A stretch of 60,812 nt of DNA, from assembly GCA_003693705.1 (NCBI GenBank), contig RBZT01000971.1:1-60812 (forward strand). The letters run 5' to 3'. The notes beneath the pieces are model-generated. The model worked only from the letters and a program-made list of their open reading frames with translations. It made no database searches and was not told the DNA's origin. The position numbers were made by a program, and so were the translations under genes. This document shows positions 38,101-50,100 of this stretch, in pieces (position 1 is the first letter of the stretch; each line of letters starts with the position of its first letter). This stretch comes from Polymyxa betae A26-41. Taxonomy: Eukaryota > Protista > Endomyxa: Phytomyxea.

Positions 38101-41036
38101 CAGTACTTGATTGTCCATCAGCATTAATAATAACAGAATGATCAGTATTAATCTTAGCAGGTAATGTACATATAATTTGACTTGATATAACAGAAGTTAC
38201 TGTACATATAGATCCACCAACATAAACTGTTAATCCTTTGATAGAAGATCCAAAATTAAATCCAATAATAGTGATAGAATCACCACCTAAAGGCAATGAG
38301 TATTGACAAACCCTAAACCCTGGACATTTACCTGTTGTTCTAGCTACAGCTCCAATTACACTAGATACAGTTGGTATATGATAGCTAATAAATGATGATG
38401 CAGATCTTGCATCATTAGTGAATACACTAACTGGAATATTAGCACCACGTCCATTTGGTGATTTACAGGTAATTGATGTATGTGACCATGATACAATTGT
38501 ACATAATTGATCACCAATATTTGGGATTTTAAATGTCACATTACCACCAGATGGACCAAAATTCTGTCCTGAAATCTGTATCACATCATTCGAGCTGGTT
38601 GTAATTAAAGATGGCAGAACACTGCTGATCGAGGGAGGATTATAGGAGAACCTCGCCGTTTGAACTGGAACCTGACCAGATACGTTCACAATGATGGGCA
38701 GATTGATGCCAGTTCCCGACGGTGTCTGAATAAAAATTTTAGAGAACTGTAAAGTGAAATGACAAACAAATCTGAAAGAGAGTATAGTTTCAAAACCAGT
38801 ATTGTGCAAATAAAAACTGGAAAGTTAACAACATTGAAGTCAGGTTGAAATAACGAGATTGCAAAACGATGTTTAGATATGGCTTACAATGCATGCTAGC
38901 TTGGTATCAGTATGATCAATGATAGTCTCTTTAACAATGCAGGGATTGCCATTAATGTTGATAGTAGCAGATGCAGATATAGTGCCAAGATTAGTACCTG
39001 TAATAATAACAGAATCACCACCAGATGTAGATCCAGTATATACAGTAGATGTATCAATAACAGGTGCTGTATATGAGAATATTGATGATATTGTAGTATT
39101 AGCAACTGATGTACCAATAATAACATCAAGATTAGCACCAACACCATTAGGTATTGTACAGTATATTAATGTATGATTCCATAATGATATAGAGCATGTT
39201 CTACCACCAATCCATACAGATCCTGACACAGATCCAAAACTATTTCCAATGACAGTAAATGTAGAACCACCAGCCGTTGGTACAGCTGATGTTGGCTTTA
39301 AACTAGTAATAGATGCATTCTGATATGAATATGAATATGAATTACTAGGACCACTTCTATGTGATAATATAACAGTACGTTTACCAGATCCAGATGTCAT
39401 CTGAAATGTAGCTGTTGTTGCTGTACTAGTTAGAACTGTATAATATGTTCCATCAACAGATAATAATGGATTTGTACCAAAACTTGTTCCTTGTATAGTG
39501 ACAATCTGATTACCAGATGTTGATATAATTGGTGATATTGATGTAATTGTTGGTGCTGCATAATTATACACAATTGATGTTGGAGCATTGTTTTGTCCAG
39601 CAACAGATATTGCAATCACATTCGACTAACCAAAACGATTGAATATGGGATGGATGGATAATGAATGGCAAACTTACAAGTCCTTCTCCAGGAGGTATTC
39701 TTACTTGCATCATTGTATGATTACGTGAACATGTAGAACATGATAATACTGCTGATGAACCAATAGTGACAGTAATAGAAGCATTACTTGTACCAAAGTT
39801 GAGTCCATAGATAGTAAGCCATGTTGATGATGATGATGTAGATCCTGATGTTGGACCAATAGATGATGATAATGATATAATCTCTGGTGCATCATATGAT
39901 AATGTATAAACAGTATATGATTGATCTAATACTTGAACTATCACATCCTTATTAGTACCTTGTCCAGATGGTAATACACATAGTAATTGAGTGTGTAAGG
40001 TATTACTGGATGTTATTGGACATGATAAACCACCAACTTTTACTGATCTTGATATTAGTTGATTACCAAGATTTGTACCAGTTATTGTGAGTGTATCTCC
40101 ACCAGATGTTCGCGCAGGTGATGCTGATAATGAGCTGATTGTTGGTGGATTATATGCAAAATATACAGCTGTATTTACACCAGTTGTATCATGTGCAGAT
40201 ACAGATATTGTATTATGTGATCCAGCACCTGCACCCATTGAACATATTATCTGTGTATGGGTTTGAGATACCAATGTACAATTATAACTAAAATTGATTT
40301 TAGCAGGGTTTTAGGGTTTGTAAACCTCTCACAAACCTTCCAACTTTGACTACAGCTGTACCAATGGGACCGAAATGATTCCCATTGATAGTAAGTTGTG
40401 TAGGTAGACCAGTTGATACAATTGGACCAGTTGGTCCTGATGTTGGTGATATTGATGTAATAGTAGGTGTTGCATATGATAATGTCCAATTTCCAGCTAC
40501 ATAATACTTATTAGTGACCATAATGTAACGACTTGATGGATTCGATGGATAATTCGATGTTGTTAAAGCTGGGAATGTACATATTAATTTCGTCATTGTA
40601 ATTGTTGAACATGTCACTGATTGACCATAGACTCTGAAGGAGAAATCTGCATCAGAATTATCAAAGAAATTATTTCCTATAATGGTGACAGGAGTAGCTC
40701 CAGCTGTTGGTGGATTAGCTGGTGATACACTTGATATTGCTGGAACTATTCATATGTTGAGTATTAAGTATACAGGTAATGTATTATCATACCAAGACAT
40801 GTAGATATGATATCACTACAACAATCTTGATATTGCATACAGACATCATCACACCAGCATGATAACGAGTTATTAGTTGCCATTGTACTGCACATGACAG
40901 TTTTAGCATCATTATTAGCTGCCTGGCAATATGGCCGTGGTGGGTTAAATGCTGGATACCATGAGGGAATTTTACATTCCGTTCGTGGCAAGGTAATGGC
41001 TATTATGATGGCGATGTAGAGCCACCATGGCCACAT
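29150..41036 (-). CDS. Giant receptor-like protein A (~3,700 aa, about 12 exons): signal peptide, somatomedin-B-like domain, ~20 IPT/TIG repeats, dozens of Cys-rich GCC2/GCC3 (Ephrin_rec_like/TNFR-like) units, multi-TM C-terminal domain
   Basis: MWPWWLYIAIIIAITLP; CWCDDVCMQYQDCCSD (SMB); repeated PxITSISP..G.T.GG..ITI.G.NFG...I.C..P.G.G; repeated C..CPAG.YS...G...C; TM region KILLGFFQI...PWP...LFLLFLFYP...IYPIGVP...GFLYDAF...WWFDLLD...PYQRKGDDRLH. Last exon ~29150-31977. Confidence 0.9.
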
Positions 41037-41157
41037 TAGTTGTCGTACTTTGACGACAACAATATAACGATTATTATGTAGTCAGTGAATGACAGCAAAC
41101 ATCATGCTGCAAGTGATACAACCTCAGATAATAGATCGTTTTCATTGAAATGAACGA

Positions 41158-41175
41158 TTTAGGGTTTTAGGGTTT
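41158..41175 (+). repeat. Interstitial telomere-like motif TTTAGGGTTTTAGGGTTT upstream of receptor A
   Basis: Seen directly; similar motifs in introns at 33418-33432, 38308-38322, 40305-40319 and 52006-52025. Confidence 0.6.
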
Positions 41176-41211
41176 CAGAAGTTGAAATTTTGTTCTTGAT
41201 AACATCATTCT

Positions 41212-42643
41212 TAATTGGCAGCCTTCTTATTATCATTACAACCTGCCTGCTTCTTCGGTACAGCCGGCTGCTTTTTAGCTACTTGCTTTTTCGGTACAAC
41301 CGCCTGCTTTTTAGCTGCCTGTTTTTGGATGCAGCCGCCCTAAGATTTATGATTGCTATTAGCAAACAGTAGCCGTTGAAACCAAATCGAAAGAAAATGT
41401 CTGGAAATGAAATTCGTACATGATATGAAACAATACGAATACACTCACTTTGCTGCTTTCTTTACAGCACAAGCCGTAACAACACCTTGCTTATTCATAG
41501 TAACTTGGAATGGACTTGCTTGTTTCAATAAACCAACACAATTAAGTCCATCAGCTCCATAAGATGCCTCAAATCGTCCACACAAGAATGTGAAGAGATT
41601 GGTACCAACTTCTGGATCTGGAGAGGTCGCCTTTGAGGTCAAACCCATTCCAGCAGCATAACGAACAGGTGCAACTTTACGAAAGTTCTGACAATATGTT
41701 GTTGATGTTCCAGCTGCACCTCGTTGTTGATTAACACCAATTCGATAAAGATCACGTTTAATAGCATTGGCCTTTCCATTGACCAATGTCATAGGATCAT
41801 TCTCAGGGACAATTGCAATGGGTGCCTGTTGTAATTTAGCAGCTATGATTTCATTAAGAGCCAGAGCCGAGAGAGTAGAGCCAGGATCAGATAAATCTGG
41901 GGCCTGGAATCGATTACATTTAAGAGTTTGCAAAACGGTCATTAGAAGGGCGTTATCACTTCCATTAGAGATGACCTGAGCTCCAGCAAGTCTCTTACGA
42001 TTGGCAGCTGTGTTCTGAGCGAGCTGCTTGTTTTTAGTGACCAGATATGTGGTATCAACATTGTCACTCTGATCCATATCTACAAGACCAAAATCTCGTG
42101 TTGTTAAGCATGCCATACCATCAGCACCTTTACCCAGAGCTGGGACATTGACAGCGTTGGCTGCTGCTGCGAAGAACGCTGGAGCATTGCAGTACGCGAA
42201 CTGGCCGAAGATCGATTTCCCCACACCATTAACACATTTCCCAGCAGCAACACCAGCACCAGTTAATTGCAAAGTATCACCGTTTGTACCGAACCAGATA
42301 CCGACCACAGCATTAGTAGGTAATTTCGGGACAACGGGAGCAACAGCTGGTTGGGTACCAGCATTAATAACCAATGGAGGATAAATCGAAAGCTGCTTTG
42401 TGGCCGGGTCGAAGATTACAGCTTCAACAAATGAAGGATTATCACCAGCTTGATCACATCCTCTCATCTAAAACAGAATCAATATTGAGATATGAGGACA
42501 TGAATAACAGAAAGATTTACAGTATAAGGAGTGGCCAATCCCTGAGCAGATAATGGATTTGCAGGCACAGTTAGGACACATTGTCCTTGGACTTTAATGC
42601 TTAAGAGCAGCAGAACAACTACTGAAAACATTCCCAGCTGCAT
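41212..42643 (-). CDS. Secreted protein of an uncharacterised family (recalled from fungi and actinobacteria), with a probable third exon encoding a Lys/Ala-rich tail
   Basis: Exon 1 42521-42643 (signal MQLGMFSVVVLLLLSIKVQG, CVLTVPANPLSAQGLATPY); intron 42468-42520; exon 2 with VVGIWFG.NG, FGQFAYCNAPAFF, VDMDQSDNV, NGSDN. The ORF 'stop' at 41445 sits inside a GTGAGT donor; acceptor at ~41340. 3' end uncertain. Confidence 0.8.
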
Positions 42644-42850
42644 ACTGATTCCAAAATATAGAATGGTTCGCTGCAAAACACATGGCGGCCTTAAATTAGT
42701 CCTGATTAGGAATCTAGAACCAGAGCCATGATCGAGAAATCTCTGGACTCGAGAGCATCTGGACATTGATATTTGATTTCGAGAAGATTAAAATACTGTT
42801 AATACAATTTATATTTACATGTTAATGAAATAAGCAATATAGTATTAAAC

Positions 42851-45800
42851 TTAGGCATAACCGAATCCAACATGATCGATATGCGATAAAACAATTCGCA
42901 TTTTGCTTCGAACCGTCTCTCTATGAAATAATCAATAAAATCTGATTTCATGTGTCTAGCCCGTACATACTCATCAATGTAGTCAGGCATATCAAGTGTA
43001 TGAAAACAGGTATGCCCAACAGGAAGCCTCTCTGTCCCGTTCACTTTCCGAACAGTGATCTTTCTGCTCAAACCCTGCACAGGAAGACAAGACAGCGACC
43101 TGAAACTCTTTAATTAAACAGGGGTTTTGGAAAATAACACGACAGACATACGTGCACAACCGTAAGAATCGCCTCAGATCCAGCTCAGGACAATGTTCGA
43201 GGAAGTCTCTGACAATCTGAGGAGTAGGACTATCGCCCCAAGAATCCTCAAAATTTACTTCTCGCAATAGCATAGCGCCATCGAGAGTCTGAACGCCACA
43301 GATCAAGATGCGGAGATCTTCAGGAGCTAATCGTAAACACTGTTCTTTTAAGCCCTGCTGCACTGTGAGGAAAAAGAGCGTTCAATCACAGCAAATTGGA
43401 ACCGTTAAGGTGAAGAATCCGGTTTTCAGTGCCTCTAATTGTGGCCTCCTCCTTTCGATCAAAAATTGTTTGATTTTTTCGTGAACATAGGTCCTATGAT
43501 TTAATCAGCATTGGACGGTACAGGATAGGGTAAATTACTTTCGGTTGCAGGGAAGTGGTAAATCGTACTGAACCTCAAGCGAATTAGGAGCAGAAATCGT
43601 TGCCATCATCATATTCCTGAATGAATTTGCCATAGTGCGATCGTAATCGTATAAATCAGAAAGGTCAGGGTCTAACAAGGACATCAGAAACTGGCATATT
43701 GTCGAAAACTTGTGAGTACCTATATCTAAGAAAAATTTCATAATGGCAGAAGAGAACATCAGGGGGACGACCCTTCCGTCGATAAGCGCCTTGCACATCG
43801 CCTTTCCAATTGCCGCATAGAATGATAAAGAAAAGTTTTGAGGATTCGGAAGGAATGAAGGTCCACTCGGCGGGCAATCCTCTTCGGGGGCGGACTCGAA
43901 AAGATTCTCGGATGGACTGACCACACGAAGGAAGAACTCAGTAAACAGGTCGGCTGTTAATCCTCCTGTTAAAAAATCGTAAGGATGACATTGTAGAAGA
44001 ACTGAAATATATACGAGCCTTGATCAATGCCTTGCGAGGACTGCATACTGTATTTGGTCCTGAAGTTCATTAATAGATCATTGCTGACTGCAGTTTCCAA
44101 TGCTGTTATCATTCCATAAAGAATACTGTTATCACGTTCAACGGTGACCAGGAAATCATGAGACTTTCGAGTCAAGCCAAGTAAGAAGTTCTGCATCTGA
44201 TGGATTCTGCCAGTGGAAGTAAGCCGAATCTATGGCATTGATTAGAGATGAAACAGGGCATAATTCCGTCCAATACCAGCTGACGAGAAGCAAGCATTTC
44301 TTTGACAATATCGCCACTACAGAATGTTAAATCTAAGGCATTACTGGCAGAGCATTGCCCAGATATCAGTGCATCTAGAAGCTCCCTCACAGATTCAGGA
44401 GTATCGATCGGCAAAGGACCAAGAGGAACCCCAGGGATTAACTCCATGTCAGTTAAATAAGAATACAGTAAGGCAGCCACATTCCACGTGTCGCTTGCAC
44501 CTATGTCTTTGCATCAGCAAGCACATTCTGGCAACTGTATTCATTACCGGAATTGTTAACGTCGATGTTTAAGTTGCTGTAATGTCGCGCTCGAGAAAAG
44601 TCGATTAATACAGGAGAGAAGTCGAAAGATATTAAGAAAATATTCCGAGCATGTAAATTTCCATGACAGATACCTCTGGCATACAAAGCAGCTAATGCTC
44701 GCAATAGGAGAACTATGAAATGCCGAACCTACCAAAAAGTTACACCAACCAAGTAGTACACTGCTGTTGAGATACCTCATGACCATCAGGTTTACTGTTG
44801 AGCCAATCTGCTGCGTTTCCTTTCTCGTAAACTGGACTCTCAATATAAGCATGTCCCAGCTCAGGAGAGACAAAAACTGCATTTATGGGAGCAACGAAAA
44901 TGCAGCTCTCTTGCAAATGGCTCCTAATGGCGACATCTGCAGCTAAGGCTTCAGTTTGTTCGCTGTCTTTAAGATTGAACTGCTTCAAGACGCATGGTTC
45001 GTATCCATGTAAAAGACATCTGAGCGAAATTAGGAAATAAGACTTTGAGGACAAAAAAGTACCTTGAGACCCGTGAACTGAGAGGATTTTTCTCTTTTAC
45101 ATATTCGTCGATTGAGCAGAAAGAAGCTAAGCCCGACCTAGAATAAAAGATCATGAACCGAGGGAAAGCAGAATCTCGATCTCTACCTTTTAACGGTCAC
45201 TGGTAATACAGCCCAGGGATCTTCTTCTAGCTTATAAGGAGGAAGATTTGATAAAGCGGTTTGAACCGCTTCCATGTGAGCACGCACAGCATCAATTTTG
45301 GACTGGGCTTCAGAAACAAATGACTCAGGAATTTGATGGAGGGTCATCATATTCAATTCGCAGGTCTTTTTGGCAATATCAATACTGAACTCGAGCAATT
45401 TCCCATCAAGTGAAAATCTTTGGATCAGCATAACCTGGGCGGAGAAATGAGTGCAAAACAATTTGTTTAAGCGAAAAAAGGTTACCTCTTTAGAGCCAAA
45501 CGGCTGCCGCGGTTTATGAAGAACATCGGTACAATGACTTTGAATATAAGAAGAAAATTGTTCAATGCGTTCAGCAACTTCTCTGATATGGGCCAGTTCA
45601 TTACAAATATGTGTGATGCTGTTCACCAACAGCAGCCGGCTGTTTTTCTCCAAAGCCGTCACTGATATCGCCTTTTTTATGAGGTTATTTCCAGTTTCGT
45701 CTTTCCGAGGGGTAATCGGCATCTCGGAATCCTGACTAGTTGGATCATTCTTGGCTTTAGAGAGTCGCTCTTCCACCATAGCATCCGAGCTCTCATGTTC

Positions 45801-46757
45801 CGAGCTCTCGTGTGTATCCGAGTTCTCATGCTTACAGTCCACTTGTTCTGTTTCCAGCTTAAAACACTTCAGTACATATTAATGTTGAGCCGATTAAATA
45901 CAAGCAGACCTGTTTTCTCAAAGACGCTATATCTTCAGATCTTACAGGAAGACTTTGAAGCCACTTCTGTGCAGCATCCACACATTCTTTGATCGGCCTG
46001 AATGCGTTTAAAAGCGCCTCAGAGCTGGGTGGAATTCGCTGAGCCTCTGCCTGAAGAAGCGAAATGGTTTTCGACACAGCATCACTTAAGGACTTATTTT
46101 CCGAGGAAACTTCTAACCACGAATGTTTTAGAAGGAATATTTGAACGACAGGGAATGAATCTTACTATTTGCCAACTCGATGCAGGGAATCGCTCTAGCA
46201 AGAGCTTTCTCATTCATGATCGAGCAACGAGCGGCAGCCTCTTCAAGTTGTGCTGGCTTGAGAACATGGCTTATCTGGCAAATTCTTCTAATAGTACTGC
46301 GATGATGTAAAAGAGCAGCATGACGGGATTCTCTGAGAACCGAGATATCGCTTTCTAATTGCTTCTTGAGCGTTTCCAGTGATGTATACTGGTCAACAAT
46401 AGGAGGAACTGCAATCACAGACCATAAAAACTCTTGTACGAAAAAAGTCAACACATTCTAACCGTATTCGACAATAGCACGTGCCAAGCTCCTACACAAA
46501 TCATGCTGTTCGACTTCTGTTTGTATAGATGCTATTGCGGATGTATAATCAACCGGGGTCGGAGGTTGTTCCGGCCTTGGCCCTTCACAAGCTCCACACT
46601 TTTCTGGGCCGCATTCATTAACATATGTGCATTGAGGGCAAACCCAGGGAGCGAGATCAAGGTCGAGAGCAGCGGCACCTGAGATGGGTGCTTGGCACAT
46701 CTGACAAATAGCGGCTCCATCCTCGCAAAGAAAAGTGCACCTTGGGCAGTTCACCAT
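42851..46757 (-). CDS. 2x RanBP2/NZF zinc finger, helical region, pseudokinase, HECT E3 ubiquitin ligase; many exons
   Basis: CPRCTFLC...CQMC and WVCPQCTYVN...CGAC; kinase-like VLKQF...HGNLHARNIF...LIDFS; HECT GIDQGGLT.DLF.EFF, FLPNP, AIGKAMCKALIDG, RRFLRLCT, RLPVGHTCFHTLDMPDY, C-terminal GFGYA* (TAA at 42851). Confidence 0.88.
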
Positions 46758-47168
46758 GAGCCCAAATGGAAATAATCAGGTGCAATGTTGATGGACTGGA
46801 TATGATAAGTAGATTTGTAAGAGTAGAGTTGGAAGCTAGTTAAGGCAGTAACTGATTTCTAGTTCTGGAAACTGCGCACTCCTGGATAAACTTTAAACGA
46901 ACGTTCTGCGTTCTGCTGACCGCTTGGACCTCGATTGACGAGCCACAACCAACCTTGGGCCAGACGCTCTTTCTGACCAGCGTCCTTGGATCAGCTTAAA
47001 TGTCTAAGTTGTCCTTCGATAATATGCGATGTTTATGACGTACCCTCGATGATTGACGGAGCTGATATGCAACAGATGTGATGGACGTCATAGTAAACTC
47101 ACATGTGATTCGTGTTGGTATAAAAAGTTAATTTAATTGTTGTAAGGTTAGGTGACTGGATTATGTAT

Positions 47169-50100
47169 TTACAGATCATTTTCGTTTGGAAGCTTGTAGA
47201 AGGAACGTTGCGAAAAGCTTAGCTCAGAAGGAGCTGATCTGTTCAATGGGGATGCATCCTGGAACTCAGACTCGGCTTCATCGTTGCTAACTTTCATAAC
47301 GTTCACTTGCAGCTTGTTTTCGAGTTTTCGCTTGTTTCGCTCGCGCTTTAACTTGATAATCTTGAAGATTACGCCGGCAGCCTGAACGAAAAAGAACGCA
47401 CTGAACGTTCCAATCGTGATTGTTAGAAGGATACTGAGGCCGACATCGACGCTCGTGTTTGTTGTGAAGTCATTCTTGAACATATAGCCGCAAATTACAG
47501 CACAGAAAATCTCGACTTGGGCAAACAAATGCAGACGATCGTCACCTTTTCGAATATAGGGCCGAACTAACAGCAGTAAGATTGTGTATGACACTGAAAT
47601 GACGGCAGCAGCCTGAACAGAAAGTTAGAAAAAGCGTTATGGATCACGGTATTCAACTTACGATCAGCTGGGATGAAGCAGGAAAGAATGCTACTAAACC
47701 GGTTAGGGACAGCTTGTGAATCATATCGACAAGTTCAAACCACCAGATTTCATGATTATATGCATCATATAAGAAACCTGACCTCTACATTTAACCTCGT
47801 GTCATACAAAAATTTATGCCCTCACCCAATTCTGCCTTGACTCCATCTTCTTGCAAGCGATAGCGATAGCGCCACAACATGTAGAAGAAGAAGCAAGGGA
47901 TCCCGATTGGGTAGAGCAAAGCGAAAAAAACTCCTAATCTTCGTTTAGTGTTCTCATACACATCTAAATAGCAGAATGTACCTAAACCAGCATATTTTTG
48001 ATAAGTGTCATCGTAGCATTGGATCCTCATGTCAGATCTCAAGTAGTACACTCCTTCGACTTTCGTGCAGACGAACAGCCGAACGATCGTTGAAGAAACA
48101 TTCGGATAGATTAAGAACAAACTGAAAAACAAGAACAATTGAATACAAATTCAAGCAGAATGTTTGCGTTGGCAACCTAAACACAAGCATTCGCCAGAAC
48201 TTCTTCCGGGATCGCTTCCTTGACGCAGCGTCTACTGATCTGCCAAGCACAGTTTTCGGAAGCAAATACAGCAAGATGACCAGAGCGAGCAGGATTAAAG
48301 GGGAGAAGGAGACGAAAAGGAATTTCTTGTAAAAGTTGGAATCTGAATGTGGCGATGAGTATCCTGGCTCAATGTTTTCAACAACTTACTGAAGACACAT
48401 TCCAGCCCAGAGGAGGAGAAAAGGTCCAAGTTGATAACTGCAAACAAACTAACAAATTCTTTGAAAGTGTTTGGCATAGGGGTCTCTACGATGGTCATCA
48501 GTGACGTCAGAATCTGAGTGAAACCTATCGAGAGAGTGAACATCGAAATAGACAGTTGAGATATGACATTACCCAGCATAATCTTTAGCTTGTATGAGAA
48601 ATTTGGCTTTGGAGTTGGCTGCCCATGAATCGCAGCTTCTTCAGCTTGAGAAGCTTTGTGTCTCGCCTGTTCTGATTCATGCAACATGTGGCGAGATTCA
48701 CTCTGAGTAAGCCCAACACCGATAACATCACTCCAGAAACGTTCATTTTTCTCAACAGCATCCTGAGCGGCACATTATTTTCGTTTCGGGTGAACAGCAT
48801 GGTCACAAACCTGAACTTTGACATGGTGCATTTTAGAAGCGCCTGCCCTCAGAACGATAAAGAATTGAGCCCACAGTGCTAGTAAAGTGACAGAGCCAAC
48901 CAGAAGCATATATGTCCAGCTATCAGATGCCGAAGGGCAGACATTACAATCACCACGTAATGTTCCATAATAGCCAGGATTGCAAATAGCGCACAGAGGT
49001 CCATGATGATTAGCCTGGCATACAGATTGCACACCTCCTTGACAGTTTTTCTGGAGAATGCATCGGTAGAAATTCATACTTGTATTCGAAGGTTTCCAGT
49101 ATCCTGGATCCGCTTGTAATGTTTCTGATTAAGTGTTAGCTAATATTCCTCAGAGTTTTCTATCAACATACCGACAGTCAAACCTGTTTCGTGACAGCTC
49201 ATTCCTTCAGTGCAGATCTGCATGATTGCTGTCAAATCGGATCACTGCGAAAAATTATAAGGTTGTACCTGGCACTGAGTGGTCACGTCTTCACGTTCGT
49301 CGCTGTAATAGCCAATGTTGCAGGGACATTCGGAATTAAAGGCATTTGCTTCCGAATTCACATCGCATGCAAGGCATTGCGATTGGCCTGCCTTCGTTGT
49401 CACCTGTCTTGTTGGACATTGCAGGCATTCTCTAGCGGCAGGACCACTGAATGTACCCGGTACACAGCTTGAACATTTAGCAACACCAAACCCAGCCACT
49501 GGATCAGAGCTATATCTCCCTGAAAGAGAACTTAACGACATCTCTCAGAAAAAGAGATTAAAATCAGCATACCAGCTGGACATCCATAGCACAACTCTTG
49601 ACCCGTATCACCCTGGTAATAACCTGCTGGACAGGCTTCGCAAGCTAGAGACCCGTTTCCCTTTTGATGGGTACCTACAGGGCACAGCTTACACTCTGTT
49701 AAACCTTCTTCATCCTGAAATTACAAAAAACAGTTAAATTTCTGTACCCGATGATGAACAGCATCACTAACCGAATATCTTCCAGGTTCGCAATCAATGC
49801 AGGATTTTTGCCCGGATACAGAAACATATCTGCCTTTCGGACAGCGCGTACATGTCTCAAGAGGAAGTTCAACTCGTAAACTGAAGGTTCCTGGCTCACA
49901 TTCGGTACAGATGCTATTATTGCTTCCTAAAGCGAAAGTTCCGCTTGGACAGTCGGTACAGGTCGCAGAAGCGAAATCCGAAGCCACCAGACCCGATTTG
50001 CAAGCTTTGCAAATAGAACCTTTTTCGTCAGAATACCATCCTATCCATGGATGTCAATAAAAATGACAAACATACATATGAAGCAAAAGGTACCAACCAG

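Noticed and set aside
34412-38809. 1465-aa ORF as a stand-alone gene
   Set aside because: It begins inside the 38726-38887 intron and runs into another intron; it is an internal part of receptor A.
41158-41175. True chromosome end or telomere
   Set aside because: Only about two units, with genes on both sides.
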